A stretch of DNA of 64,000 nucleotides from assembly GCA_965178125.1 (NCBI GenBank), contig OZ237759.1, positions 1 through 64,000 on the forward strand, read 5' to 3'. The position numbers and the translations under genes were made by a program. Numbering within the stretch: the first letter of the stretch is position 1; the number at the start of each line of letters is the position of its first letter. This DNA is from Bilabrum cf. latius. Its lineage: Eukaryota. Below are positions 1 through 13,518 of the stretch, piece by piece. The notes under the pieces are model-generated. The model was not told the DNA's origin, did not search any database, and saw nothing but the letters and a program-made list of their open reading frames with translations.

Positions 1-53
1 AGTGAAGATGAAAATATTTTTCCCCGACCCTGTCCCTGACTTTATAATAGATA
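1..53 (+). repeat. Cap sequence, B-family variant (3' end of a further unit upstream of the window)
   Basis: Identical to 12721-12773 (AGTGAAGATG...TTTATAATAGATA), the terminus of the large element. Confidence 0.9.
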
Positions 54-236
54 CCCTAACCCTAACCCTAACCCTAACCCTAACCCTAACCCTAACCCTA
101 ACCCTAACCCTAACCCTAACCCTAACCCTAACCCTAACCCTAACCCTAACCCTAACCCTAACCCTAACCCTAACCCTAACCCTAACCCTAACCCTAACCC
201 TAACCCTAACCCTAACCCTAACCCTACCCTACCCTA

Positions 237-3200
237 CATTTGCCCCATGATATGGCCCTAGGCCGTCCCAAAACAGTTTGAATCATCTTCATACCTATTC
301 TAGTTGCTGAGATCGCAGAGGGCACATTTTCGGCATGTAAATCTTCATCAGCCAGTATCGTCGCCGCGCGGTCAAAACGGAACCTGGGGAACATTTGCCC
401 CATGATATGGCCCTAGGCCGTCCCAAAACAGTTTGAATCATCTTCATACCTATTCTAGTTGCTGAGATCGCAGAGGGCACATTTTCGGCATGTAAATCTT
501 CATCAGCCAGTATCGTCGCCGCACGGTCAAAACGGAACCTGGGGAACATTTGCCCCATGATATGGCCCTAGGCCATCCCAAAACAGTTTGAATCATCTTC
601 ATACCTATTCTAGTTGCTGAGATCGCAGAGGGCACATTTTCGGCATGTAAATCTTCATCAGCCAGTATCGTCGCCGCGCGGTCAAAACGGAACCTGGGGA
701 ACATTTGCCCCATGATATGGCCCTAGGCCATCCCAAAACAGTTTGAATCATCTTCATACCTATTCTAGTTGCTGAGATCGCAGAGGGCACATTTTCGACA
801 AAAAAATGAAGATGAAAATATTTTTTCCCCGACCCTGTCCCTGACTTTATATTAGATACCCTAACCCTAACCCTAACCCTAACCCTAACCCTAACCCTAA
901 CCCTAACCCTAACCCTAACCCTAACCCTAACCCTAACCCTAACCCTAACCCTAACCCTAACCCTAACCCTAACCCTAACCCTAACCCTAACCCTAACCCT
1001 AACCCTAACCCTAACCCTAACCCTAACCCTAACCCTAACCCTAACCCTAACCCTAACCCTAACCCTAACCCTAACCCTACCCTACCCTACATTTGCCCCA
1101 TGATATGGCCCTAGGCCGTCCCAAAACAGTTTGAATCATCTTCATACCTATTCTAGTTGCTGAGATCGCAGAGGGCACATTTTCGGCATGTAAATCTTCA
1201 TCAGCCAGTATCGTCGCCGCGCGGTCAAAACGGAACCTGGGGAACATTTGCCCCATGATATGGCCCTAGGCCGTCCCAAAACAGTTTGAATCATCTTCAT
1301 ACCTATTCTAGTTGCTGAGATCGCAGAGGGCACATTTTCGGCATGTAAATCTTCATCAGCCAGTATCGTCGCCGCACGGTCAAAACGGAACCTGGGGAAC
1401 ATTTGCCCCATGATATGGCCCTAGGCCATCCCAAAACAGTTTGAATCATCTTCATACCTATTCTAGTTGCTGAGATCGCAGAGGGCACATTTTCGGCATG
1501 TAAATCTTCATCAGCCAGTATCGTCGCCGCGCGGTCAAAACGGAACCTGGGGAACATTTGCCCCATGATATGGCCCTAGGCCATCCCAAAACAGTTTGAA
1601 TCATCTTCATACCTATTCTAGTTGCTGAGATCGCAGAGGGCACATTTTCGACAAAAAAATGAAGATGAAAATATTTTTTCCCCGACCCTGTCCCTGACTT
1701 TATATTAGATACCCTAACCCTAACCCTAACCCTAACCCTAACCCTAACCCTAACCCTAACCCTAACCCTAACCCTAACCCTAACCCTAACCCTAACCCTA
1801 ACCCTAACCCTAACCCTAACCCTAACCCTAACCCTAACCCTAACCCTAACCCTAACCCTAACCCTAACCCTAACCCTAACCCTAACCCTAACCCTAACCC
1901 TAACCCTAACCCTAACCCTAACCCTACCCTACCCTACATTTGCCCCATGATATGGCCCTAGGCCGTCCCAAAACAGTTTGAATCATCTTCATACCTATTC
2001 TAGTTGCTGAGATCGCAGAGGGCACATTTTCGGCATGTAAATCTTCATCAGCCAGTATCGTCGCCGCGCGGTCAAAACGGAACCTGGGGAACATTTGCCC
2101 CATGATATGGCCCTAGGCCGTCCCAAAACAGTTTGAATCATCTTCATACCTATTCTAGTTGCTGAGATCGCAGAGGGCACATTTTCGGCATGTAAATCTT
2201 CATCAGCCAGTATCGTCGCCGCACGGTCAAAACGGAACCTGGGGAACATTTGCCCCATGATATGGCCCTAGGCCATCCCAAAACAGTTTGAATCATCTTC
2301 ATACCTATTCTAGTTGCTGAGATCGCAGAGGGCACATTTTCGGCATGTAAATCTTCATCAGCCAGTATCGTCGCCGCGCGGTCAAAACGGAACCTGGGGA
2401 ACATTTGCCCCATGATATGGCCCTAGGCCATCCCAAAACAGTTTGAATCATCTTCATACCTATTCTAGTTGCTGAGATCGCAGAGGGCACATTTTCGACA
2501 AAAAAATGAAGATGAAAATATTTTTTCCCCGACCCTGTCCCTGACTTTATATTAGATACCCTAACCCTAACCCTAACCCTAACCCTAACCCTAACCCTAA
2601 CCCTAACCCTAACCCTAACCCTAACCCTAACCCTAACCCTAACCCTAACCCTAACCCTAACCCTAACCCTAACCCTAACCCTAACCCTAACCCTAACCCT
2701 AACCCTAACCCTAACCCTAACCCTAACCCTAACCCTAACCCTAACCCTAACCCTAACCCTAACCCTAACCCTAACCCTAACCCTACCCTACCCTACATTT
2801 GCCCCATGATATGGCCCTAGGCCGTCCCAAAACAGTTTGAATCATCTTCATACCTATTCTAGTTGCTGAGATCGCAGAGGGCACATTTTCGGCATGTAAA
2901 TCTTCATCAGCCAGTATCGTCGCCGCGCGGTCAAAACGGAACCTGGGGAACATTTGCCCCATGATATGGCCCTAGGCCGTCCCAAAACAGTTTGAATCAT
3001 CTTCATACCTATTCTAGTTGCTGAGATCGCAGAGGGCACATTTTCGGCATGTAAATCTTCATCAGCCAGTATCGTCGCCGCACGGTCAAAACGGAACCTG
3101 GGGAACATTTGCCCCATGATATGGCCCTAGGCCATCCCAAAACAGTTTGAATCATCTTCATACCTATTCTAGTTGCTGAGATCGCAGAGGGCACATTTTC

Positions 3201-4270
3201 GGCATGTAAATCTTCATCAGCCAGTATCGTCGCCGCGCGGTCAAAACGGAACCTGGGGAACATTTGCCCCATGATATGGCCCTAGGCCATCCCAAAACAG
3301 TTTGAATCATCTTCATACCTATTCTAGTTGCTGAGATCGCAGAGGGCACATTTTCGACAAAAAAATGAAGATGAAAATATTTTTTCCCCGACCCTGTCCC
3401 TGACTTTATATTAGATACCCTAACCCTAACCCTAACCCTAACCCTAACCCTAACCCTAACCCTAACCCTAACCCTAACCCTAACCCTAACCCTAACCCTA
3501 ACCCTAACCCTAACCCTAACCCTAACCCTAACCCTAACCCTAACCCTAACCCTAACCCTAACCCTAACCCTAACCCTAACCCTAACCCTAACCCTAACCC
3601 TAACCCTAACCCTAACCCTAACCCTAACCCTAACCCTACCCTACCCTACATTTGCCCCATGATATGGCCCTAGGCCGTCCCAAAACAGTTTGAATCATCT
3701 TCATACCTATTCTAGTTGCTGAGATCGCAGAGGGCACATTTTCGGCATGTAAATCTTCATCAGCCAGTATCGTCGCCGCGCGGTCAAAACGGAACCTGGG
3801 GAACATTTGCCCCATGATATGGCCCTAGGCCGTCCCAAAACAGTTTGAATCATCTTCATACCTATTCTAGTTGCTGAGATCGCAGAGGGCACATTTTCGG
3901 CATGTAAATCTTCATCAGCCAGTATCGTCGCCGCACGGTCAAAACGGAACCTGGGGAACATTTGCCCCATGATATGGCCCTAGGCCATCCCAAAACAGTT
4001 TGAATCATCTTCATACCTATTCTAGTTGCTGAGATCGCAGAGGGCACATTTTCGGCATGTAAATCTTCATCAGCCAGTATCGTCGCCGCGCGGTCAAAAC
4101 GGAACCTGGGGAACATTTGCCCCATGATATGGCCCTAGGCCATCCCAAAACAGTTTGAATCATCTTCATACCTATTCTAGTTGCTGAGATCGCAGAGGGC
4201 ACATTTTCGACAAAAAAATGAAGATGAAAATATTTTTTCCCCGACCCTGTCCCTGACTTTATATTAGATA
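237..4270 (+). repeat. Five tandem A-family units (about 3.6 x 155-bp satellite plus cap, 622 bp) separated by telomere tracts
   Basis: Units at 237-858, 1090-1711, 1937-2558, 2796-3417 and 3649-4270. They share the internal SNP pattern (GCGCGG/GCACGG, GGCCGT/GGCCAT) and the distal junction CCCTACCCTACCCTACATTTG. Confidence 0.97.
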
Positions 4271-4515
4271 CCCTAACCCTAACCCTAACCCTAACCCTAA
4301 CCCTAACCCTAACCCTAACCCTAACCCTAACCCTAACCCTAACCCTAACCCTAACCCTAACCCTAACCCTAACCCTAACCCTAACCCTAACCCTAACCCT
4401 AACCCTAACCCTAACCCTAACCCTAACCCTAACCCTAACCCTAACCCTAACCCTAACCCTAACCCTAACCCTAACCCTAACCCTAACCCTAACCCTAACC
4501 CTAACCCTAACCCTA

Positions 4516-6761
4516 CCGTGAGTCCTCGGCGTGCCGGGATTGTCCCGCTCCTACGTGGGGATGTGCCGGTTGAAGACGATGCTGTAGCCGAGCCGGGGCC
4601 TGGATGAGCCGCTCGTCTCCACCTCGGTGCGCTGGTGCTGCTGCGTGGCCGACTGCACCCTGATCTGCCCCCCGTCCCTCTGCAGACCCCTGCGCCCGCA
4701 GAGGACCCCATCCTGCGTCGCCGAGTCGGCTCCAATCAGCACGTCGATGAGGCCGTAGGCTTGGTCCAGCGGCTCGTCCAGCAGGAGCCGTGACACCGGC
4801 CCCCCAAGCACCAGCATGAACGGGCTGGTCTGCACCTCCTGGGAGGCTCCGGCGCCGGCTAGGATCCCGACCACCTCCATGGCGTCGACATCGGAGAGCT
4901 CAGAGCGGACCGCCACGGGGGCCGCCATGCCGTCTGGTGGGTTCCGCAGCACATCCGGGGCGGCCTCCTGCTCCTCTTCAGGCTCGCCTTCCAGCTCGGC
5001 ATCCGCAGCTCCGAAAGCCCCCGCGGCAGGATCTCCACCATCCGCTTCCTCGTCGCCGCCTTGGTCTCCGTCCGAGTCCCACTGGCCTTCCCCACCCCAC
5101 TCGCCTTCTCCAGCCTCATACCCGGCATCTTCGTCGCCCTCTGCATGCTCCTCCGCCCCAGCCGGCTGCGCCGCCGGCCCCTCCTCCATCTCGTCCTCGT
5201 CCTCGTCCTCGTACACGAACGCTGGAGGCTGCTCGGAGAGCCCGACCGCGTCAAAGACCGTCTCGTCCACGCGGTTGTACTCGATGTAGTGATCCCACTC
5301 CGTGCGGAGCGGAGAGAGCTTGTGGCTGTGCAGCCCGGGCTCCGCCAGCATCGGAGACGGCCAGAAGCTGACCGCCACCGAAGCCAGCTTGCTCCGAATG
5401 AAGGCAGCCCCTTCCTCGTTCAGGTCTTCGCTCTCCAGCATCTTGGTGATGTCAGTCCAGCCAACGAGCTGCACGAGAAAGCGGCCGCGCCTCTGCGCGC
5501 GCTGCTCCACGCCGGCAGCATCAGTCTCGGCATGCAGGAGGCTGTCCACGACGACAACGGCGCGCCTCTGGTACGCCCACCAGCGCCGCATGCCTTGCAT
5601 GGTCACCGTCTCCATCACTGGAGGTGCGAGCGCCCTCCACACCTCGGGAGGCAGCTCCTGCCTGCCAACGCAGGTCAGCAGGCCCTGCAGGGCCTGCACC
5701 GCCTCGTCGTCCACCTCCCATATGTGGTAGGCCAGCATGGGGTGCTGCGCGAGGTCGTCCGTCGCCTCGTGCATGCCGAACCGGTACTCGGGCGGGAGGT
5801 TGACGGCCAGGGCCTCCTCTCCCTGCGCTCCCCCCGGGTCGCCGACGACCAGGTTCCACGCCTGCACGGGTGGCGCACCGACCTCCCCTCCGGCGTCTGG
5901 GCCTGCGCCACCGCCTTGGGCGCCGGCTGCCTCTGCACCGGCAGCGAACACGACTCCGGGGATGGGCAGCTCGGGCGCTCCTCCCTCTGCCCCGAAGAGC
6001 GGCTGCTGGCCCTGAGCATCCCAGACCATGGCCTGCCGAGCTGCCTGGGTGGCCGCGTGGGCGGCTTGGCGCCCGAGGAAGATGGCCTGGACCGCTTCTG
6101 GGGGCTCGTCGTCCTCCATCGCGTCCTCCCCTGCGCCGACCCCGGCCAGGACGGGCACCTCGGCGAGAGGCACGGGCCCAGGGACGAGTTGGTGCTGGGC
6201 AGCCTGGGCAGCTGGCTGCTGCTCGGCTGCTGGAGGGGCCGGACCGACGCCGGCTGGCCCACCTGCAGGCTCCTGCTGGGGCTCCGGGATCGGGAGGAAG
6301 GCGTCGGCATCGCCAGCTGGCGGCTCGGGCTGCAAGCCTCCTGGGACCGGCAGGTTGGCACCCGGACCAGCGGGGTGCTGGGGCGGGGCGGCGGCCATCG
6401 CCTGCTGGCCAGCAGCAAGAGCTGCACCAGGTGGTGGTTGGTGGGCGCCCTCTTGCTGCTGGTGCTGGGGCTCCGGAGCATGCTCGCCGATGGCTGGGGC
6501 GGGGGCCGGCAGGCCTGCCGCATCGCCCCCCCCGGCGGCATGGCCGCCTGGCGCTGGCCCCACCTGGGCCGGGATCTGGGCCTGCGCCTCGCCGGCCGGC
6601 GGGCCAGGCAGGGCGGCACCTCCTGGTTGAAGTGGCCCTGGGACTCCGATGCGCACGCGATGCGGGTTCTGAGCGTAGCCCTTCGCGCGGCGGTCCAGGA
6701 AGGCCCGAAGGTAGTCGAGAGCCTTCACATGCTTGGTGGCGTCGTACGTGGACTGCGCCAT
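4516..6761 (-). pseudogene. 3'-truncated ORF-A (first ~748 codons), fused in frame to telomeric repeats
   Basis: Identical to the 5' part of ORF-A at 20116-22361. With TAG=Gln the frame continues through (AGG GTT)n to a TGA at 4011-4013. Confidence 0.8.
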
Positions 6762-7335
6762 GACCAGACTGCGGACAGAGATGCCACAAGGATATATAAT
6801 ATACTTGGGATGTGATTAGTATGATGGTACGATGCGTTGTTCCCTGGTGGCGCACTCGTCACGGCGGTGCCGCGCATCAGGTTCCGCAACCTGATCCGGG
6901 CCACCACAAATGTTGTCGCAGCACACCTGCCGCAAGCAAAGTGAGCATTGGGCGCGCAGCCTATATATCGCCGCGCAATTGTTTGCAGTATGTTATATTA
7001 TTTGATAATATGCGCGAGATTAGTTCCAACGAGTGCTTGCCGTCGCGCAATTGAGCCAAACGTCTGAACCACGTTGCAGCAAGCGCATTGCGCAAGGCAA
7101 TCCCCACGCATACCCCATCGATTTGACTCACGTTTGCTTTAGGGTTGTATGCACAATATGCTATAGTAGCTATATGCCAAGTATGCGCCTCTGCAATTGA
7201 ATACAAGGAGCGCAATATGAGTGTTTCTGATTTCGCGCTGCTCGTTGGGTGAACGGGTAGGTTTCGGCGTGACAAGTGCAAGTTGCGTGCACTTTTGATG
7301 CGAATCTGTATTTTTTTTTCGGTTTCGCGTGGGTT

Positions 7336-7424
7336 GCTGTGGTGGTGTAGTGGTATTGCGTACGGTTGGTAATCGCACCCAGGCCTACCCCCGAGGTTCG
7401 ATTCCCGTTGGGGCGATCTTTTTT
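7336..7424 (+). ncRNA. tRNA-derived Pol III-type unit (A box, B box, oligo-T), not a canonical tRNA
   Basis: A box TGGTGTAGTGG at 7343-7353, B box GGTTCGATTCC at 7395-7405, T-run at 7419-7424. The acceptor and T stems do not pair canonically. Confidence 0.6.
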
Positions 7425-7642
7425 AATTTTTTTCTGGGCTGGGGTCCGCCCCCCCACGACTGGGGGATCGACCTAACATCATGGGTCCCGGGTCTGAGAC
7501 CGAGTGCGCGGGGTCGTGGCCTTCTTTTTCTTTGCCCTCGAGCTTGCCCTGGAGACTCCCTGGGTCTCATGTCCGTGTTCGCTGCCGCATCCAAGCGCCT
7601 GTTCGTGGCCTTACCCGTGTTCCCCCAGCACCGCAGAGTACT

Positions 7643-9178
7643 ATGGCCGCCGCAAAGAGCTACAGCGTCAAGCACACCAAGGCCTCCCGCCCCGTCGTGG
7701 CTGCCCTGGCTTCAGGCGTCAGCACGTCTGCTGCCAAGCAAGTCCTGCTGATCTCCCTCGTGGGCCTCCACCAAGATTGCGGGTTACTCTGCGGGTCTAC
7801 CGAGCACTACTAGGGGACCAAGAAAGAGGGCATCAAAGCCTGCGTGGATGCCATGCTGGACCTGAATGAGTCCGATCTGCCGCCTGACATGCTGAAGGTG
7901 CTGAGTCACCGCCTATATCCGGCTGCATCAACTAGCGGCACCAGCTCGCCAGGCTACCGCAAGATGAATTAGATGCTCATGGGCCTGCGCGACAGCGGCT
8001 ACTCTACCAGCCACAATCCTTGGTTCAAGGCAGGCATGGATGGCTTGCGGAGGAACTACAAGACCGCGATCAAGTTCGTCTGCGACTACGGAGCTGGGAA
8101 AGCCTCTGTGCGTGCGCGTGGAGGCATGCAGGCTGTGTTCCAAGACGTGTTTGACATGGCAGTCAAGGACTCTGCCGCGGCAGCCGCAGGGGACCAAGAT
8201 GCTTCTGCGGGAGCCGCTGCTGCTTCGCCGAGTGGAGCACCCCGTGCTGGCAAGGACAAACGGAGTGCCATGGTCGACGACGACGAGGACGACCCCGACG
8301 ACGGTGTCGCGGACCACAGTGCCTACAAGGCCCAGAGGAAACGAGGCGAGCAAGATTCAGACGGCTCAGAGTCCAGCGACTCATAGACCGAGCGACTGAA
8401 CAACGACCTACTCGGCCCCAAGCGGAGAGCGGAGGCCAAGGCCAGGGAAAAGGCAAAGGCCAAATTGAAGGCCAGGACCAAGGCCGCGGGCAAGTCAAAG
8501 GGAAAGTCAAAGGGAAAGCCGAGGGATGAAGGTGCGCAACCGGCAGAACCGGAGCGCAGGAAGGCGACTGAAGCGGCACCTCGGGCTAAGATACAGCACA
8601 AGCGATCGCCCATTCTCCAACCGGGCTATGGCGGAGGAGCTCGCCACGCCGTTGGCCAGGACAAGAGGGGAGCAAGAGGCGCAAGGAGTGGAGCAGCAGC
8701 ATCACTGCCTCGACAGGACTCTGAGGAGGATGAAGAGGAGATCGGTGATCGATACCACGCAGACGCAGCCGATGAAGAGGACGAGGATGAGGCTCCGATA
8801 GAACTCGTGCAGCAGGACGAGGAGGATCAGGACGAGCTGGATGAGGAAGAAGAGAACGAGGCCCAGAACCAGCAAGACGACTCTGAGAACGACGGTGGAG
8901 TGGATGACAACGGCTTCACCGACTAGCAGCGGCACCTGGTGGACCGCATCCTCGCTGCCTGCGATGACATAGCGCTGGGCGTCAGCCGAACTCTCGACGA
9001 CATGCTCGAGGACGTGCAGGAAACAATTCAAGAGAGGGACGACGGGTTGGGCACGCTCGTAGGCCTGATGACGGCCCTCGAGAAGACGGCGGAAGGAGAT
9101 CTCAATGCAGCAGACGTGGACGCTGTTGAGGCGCTCCTGGCAGCTGTCGATGCGGAACCCTCCTCCGATAACGAGTGA
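7643..9178 (+). CDS. Element ORF-B, 511 aa, unknown function (Lys-rich basic segment, Asp/Glu-rich C-terminal region)
   Basis: Four same-frame ORF-track fragments are joined across TAGs at 7811, 7970, 8384 and 8924. It starts at ATG 7643 and ends in TGA. Confidence 0.8.
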
Positions 9179-9444
9179 AAAGCAGCCAGGCGGATACCAA
9201 TTGAGGTCAGTGGCAGCTGGGCCAGCTTGTGAGAGGAGCTTGCCAGAGTGCCAGCCAGTGACCCGTTAGGACGGGATAGTAGGAGCCAGGACGCAATCTA
9301 TTTAGTCTTGACTATAAGCCAACGAATACCTGATGTCAAAGCGATGTATCGACCAAGGAGGTTAACGCATACATATGGCTACGTAGAACGAGCCACAACA
9401 TTGAATATCGGTCAATAACCACTGGATTCCCAAACCCACACCTA

Positions 9445-11018
9445 GGGTAGGTTTCAAACCTCCCTGGGTAGGTTTTGAAACCTCCCTGGGTAGGTTTTGA
9501 AACCTCCCTGGGTAGGTTTTGAAACCTCCCTGGGTAGGTTTTGAAACCTCCCTGGGTAGGTTTTGAAACCTCCCTGGGTAGGTTTTGAAACCTCCCTGGG
9601 TAGGTTTTGAAACCGCCCTGGGTAGGTTTTGAAACCTCCCTGGGTAGGTTTTGAAACCGCCCTGGGTAGGTTTTGAAACCGCCCTGGGTAGGTTTTGAAA
9701 CCGCCCTGGGTAGGTTTTGAAACCGCCCTGGGTAGGTTTTGAAACCGCCCTGGGTAGGTTTTGAAACCGCCCTGGGTAGGTTTTGAAACCGCCCTGGGTA
9801 GGTTTTGAAACCGCCCTGGGTAGGTTTTGAAACCGCCCTGGGTAGGTTTTGAAACCGCCCTGGGTAGGTTTTGAAACCGCCCTGGGTAGGTTTTGAAACC
9901 GCCCTGGGTAGGTTTTGAAACCGCCCTGGGTAGGTTTTGAAACCGCCCTGGGTAGGTTTTGAAACCGCCCTGGGTAGGTTTTGAAACCGCCCTGGGTAGG
10001 TTTTGAAACCGCCCTGGGTAGGTTTTGAAACCGCCCTGGGTAGGTTTTGAAACCGCCCTGGGTAGGTTTTGAAACCGCCCTGGGTAGGTTTTGAAACCGC
10101 CCTGGGTAGGTTTTGAAACCGCCCTGGGTAGGTTTTGAAACCGCCCTGGGTAGGTTTTGAAACCGCCCTGGGTAGGTTTCGAAACCGCCCTGGGTAGGTT
10201 TTGAAACCGCCCTGGGTAGGTTTTGAAACCGCCCTGGGTAGGTTTTGAAACCGCCCTGGGTAGGTTTTGAAACCGCCCTGGGTAGGTTTTGAAACCGCCC
10301 TGGGTAGGTTTTGAAACCGCCCTGGGTAGGTTTTGAAACCGCCCTGGGTAGGTTTTGAAACCGCCCTGGGTAGGTTTTGAAACCGCCCTGGGTAGGTTTT
10401 GAAACCGCCCTGGGTAGGTTTTGAAACCGCCCTGGGTAGGTTTTGAAACCGCCCTGGGTAGGTTTTGAAACCGCCCTGGGTAGGTTTTGAAACCGCCCTG
10501 GGTAGGTTTTGAAACCGCCCTGGGTAGGTTTTGAAACCGCCCTGGGTAGGTTTTGAAACCGCCCTGGGTAGGTTTTGAAACCGCCCTGGGTAGGTTTTGA
10601 AACCGCCCTGGGTAGGTTTTGAAACCGCCCTGGGTAGGTTTTGAAACCGCCCTGGGTAGGTTTTGAAACCGCCCTGGGTAGGTTTTGAAACCGCCCTGGG
10701 TAGGTTTTGAAACCGCCCTGGGTAGGTTTTGAAACCGCCCTGGGTAGGTTTTGAAACCGCCCTGGGTAGGTTTTGAAACCGCCCTGGGTAGGTTTTGAAA
10801 CCGCCCTGGGTAGGTTTTGAAACCGCCCTGGGTAGGTTTTGAAACCGCCCTGGGTAGGTTTTGAAACCGCCCTGGGTAGGTTTTGAAACCGCCCTGGGTA
10901 GGTTTTGAAACCGCCCTGGGTAGGTTTTGAAACCGCCCTGGGTAGGTTTTGAAACCGCCCTGGGTAGGTTTTGAAACCGCCCTGGGTAGGTTTTGAAACC
11001 TCCCCCGAGTAGGTTTCA
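9445..11018. repeat. 22-bp tandem array (GAAACCGCCCTGGGTAGGTTTT)n, about 71 copies, right arm of element
   Basis: Read directly. The first units carry the CCTCCC variant, and the array ends with the inverted motif TTGAAACCT...AGGTTTCAA. Confidence 0.98.
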
Positions 11019-11054
11019 ATACGCCATACTTGCACTGAATGAAGTACAATGAAT

Positions 11055-12773
11055 CTGAGGAACATTTGGCCAATGTTGTGGCCCTAGGCCGTCCCAACGC
11101 AATTTGAACGGTCTTCATATCTCCTGTGGTTGCCGAGATCGTATCCCGCAGGATTTCAGCATGAAAATCTTCAAGGCCCAATATTGGCGCCGCGCGTCAA
11201 AAGCGGAACCTGAGGAACATTTGGCCAATGATGTGGCCCTAGGCCGTCCCAACGCAATTTGAACGGTCTTCATATCTCCTGTGGTTGCCGAGATCGTATC
11301 CCGCAGGATTTCAGCATGAAAATCTTCAAGGCCCAATATTGGCGCTGCGCGTCAAAAGCGGAACCTGAGGAACATTTGGCCAATGTTGTGGCCCTAGGCC
11401 GTCCCAACGCAATTTGAACGGTCTTCATATCTCCTGTGGTTGCCGAGATCGTATCCCGCAGGATTTCAGCATGAAAATCTTCAAGGCCCAATATTGGCGC
11501 CGCGCGTCAAAAGCGGAACCTGAGGAACATTTGGCCAATGATGTGGCTCTAGGCCGTCCCAACGCAATTTGAACGGTCTTCATATCTCCTGTGGTTGCCG
11601 AGATCGTATCCCGCAGGATTTCAGCATGAAAATCTTCAAGGCCCAATATTGGCGCCGCGCGTCAAAAGCGGAACCTGAGGAACATTTGGCCAATGATGTG
11701 GCCCTAGGCCGTCCCAACGCAATTTGAACGGTCTTCATATCTCCTGTGGTTGCCGAGATCGTATCCCGCAGGATTTCAGCATGAAAATCTTCAAGGCCCA
11801 ATATTGGCGCCGCGCGTCAAAAGCAAAAGCGGAACCTGAGGAACATTTGGCCAATGATGTGGCTCTAGGCCGTCCCAACGCAATTTGAACGGTCTTCATA
11901 TCTCCTGTGGTTGCCGAGATCGTATCCCGCAGGATTTCAGCATGAAAATCTTCAAGGCCCAATATTGGCGCCGCGCGTCAAAAGCGGAACCTGAGGAACA
12001 TTTGGCCAATGATGTGGCCCTAGGCCGTCCCAACGCAATTTGAACGGTCTTCATATCTCCTGTGGTTGCCGAGATCGTATCCCGCAGGATTTCAGCATGA
12101 AAATCTTCAAGGCCCAATATTGGCGCCGCGCGTCAAAAGCGGAACCTGAGGAACATTTGGCCAATGATGTGGCTCTAGGCCGTCCCAATGCAATTTTAAC
12201 GGTCTTCATATCTCCTGTGGTTGCCGAGATCGTATCCCGCAGGATTTCAGCATGAAAATCTTCAAGGCCCAATATTGGCGCCGCGCGTCAAAAGCGGAAC
12301 CTGAGGAACATTTGGCCAATGTTGTGGCCCTAGGCCGTCCCAACGCAATTTGAACGGTCTTCATATCTCCTGTGGTTGCCGAGATCGTATCCCGCAGGAT
12401 TTCAGCATGAAAATCTTCAAGGCCCAATATTGGCGCCGCGCGTCAAAAGCGGAACCTGAGGAACATTTGGCCAATGTTGTGGCCCTAGGCCGTCCCAACG
12501 CAATTTGAACGGTCTTCATATCTCCTGTGGTTGCCGAGATCGTATCCCGCAGGATTTCAGCATGAAAATCTTCAAGGCCCAATATTGGCGCCGCGCGTCA
12601 AAAGCGGAACCTGAGGAACATTTGGCCAATGATGTGGCCCTAGGCCGTCCCAACGCAATTTGAACGGTCTTCATATCTCCTGTGGTTGCCGAGATCGTAT
12701 CCCGCAGGATTTTGTCAAAAAGTGAAGATGAAAATATTTTTCCCCGACCCTGTCCCTGACTTTATAATAGATA
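11055..12773 (+). repeat. B-family 155-bp satellite (about 10.7 copies) plus cap
   Basis: 155-bp period (CTGAGGAACATTTGGCCAATG...AAAAGCGGAAC), clearly homologous to the A and C families, ending in the cap ...ATAATAGATA|CCCTAA. Confidence 0.97.
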
Positions 12774-13518
12774 CCCTAACCCTAACCCTAACCCTAACCC
12801 TAACCCTAACCCTAACCCTAACCCTAACCCTAACCCTAACCCTAACCCTAACCCTAACCCTAACCCTAACCCTAACCCTAACCCTAACCCTAACCCTAAC
12901 CCTAACCCTAACCCTAACCCTAACCCTAACCCTAACCCTAACCCTAACCCTAACCCTAACCCTAACCCTAACCCTAACCCTAACCCTAACCCTAACCCTA
13001 ACCCTAACCCTAACCCTAACCCTAACCCTAACCCTAACCCTAACCCTAACCCTAACCCTAACCCTAACCCTAACCCTAACCCTAACCCTAACCCTAACCC
13101 TAACCCTAACCCTAACCCTAACCCTAACCCTAACCCTAACCCTAACCCTAACCCTAACCCTAACCCTAACCCTAACCCTAACCCTAACCCTAACCCTAAC
13201 CCTAACCCTAACCCTAACCCTAACCCTAACCCTAACCCTAACCCTAACCCTAACCCTAACCCTAACCCTAACCCTAACCCTAACCCTAACCCTAACCCTA
13301 ACCCTAACCCTAACCCTAACCCTAACCCTAACCCTAACCCTAACCCTAACCCTAACCCTAACCCTAACCCTAACCCTAACCCTAACCCTAACCCTAACCC
13401 TAACCCTAACCCTAACCCTAACCCTAACCCTAACCCTAACCCTAACCCTAACCCTAACCCTAACCCTAACCCTAACCCTAACCCTAACCCTAACCCTAAC
13501 CCTAACTAAACCCTAACC

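Larger units (their letters stand above)
4516..12773. mobile_element. Telomere-embedded large element, distally truncated copy
   Basis: Matches 20116-28337 with an exact 15600-bp offset over the unique part. It begins abruptly inside ORF-A, joined to telomere repeats (CCCTAACCCTA|CCGTGAG versus ACGCG|CCGTGAG in the longer copy). Confidence 0.9.

Noticed and set aside
237-858. Hammerhead ribozyme in the 155-bp repeats (CTGATGA...GAAA on the minus strand of A; CTGAGGA in B), as expected for Penelope-like elements
   Set aside because: Stem II does not pair in A, B lacks the following GAAA, and the core is not conserved across the three families. An Infernal search would be decisive.
5061-6815. 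584-aa plus-strand ORF and other overlapping ORFs (also 20661-22415, 18411-19721, 49802-51253)
   Set aside because: These are antisense shadows of GC-rich real CDSs.
7336-7424. Functional suppressor tRNA(CUA) explaining TAG readthrough
   Set aside because: There is no CTA in a 7-nt anticodon loop and no acceptor stem.
9445-11018. CRISPR array (palindromic repeats containing GAAAC)
   Set aside because: The units abut directly with no unique spacers, there are no cas genes, and the context is eukaryotic.
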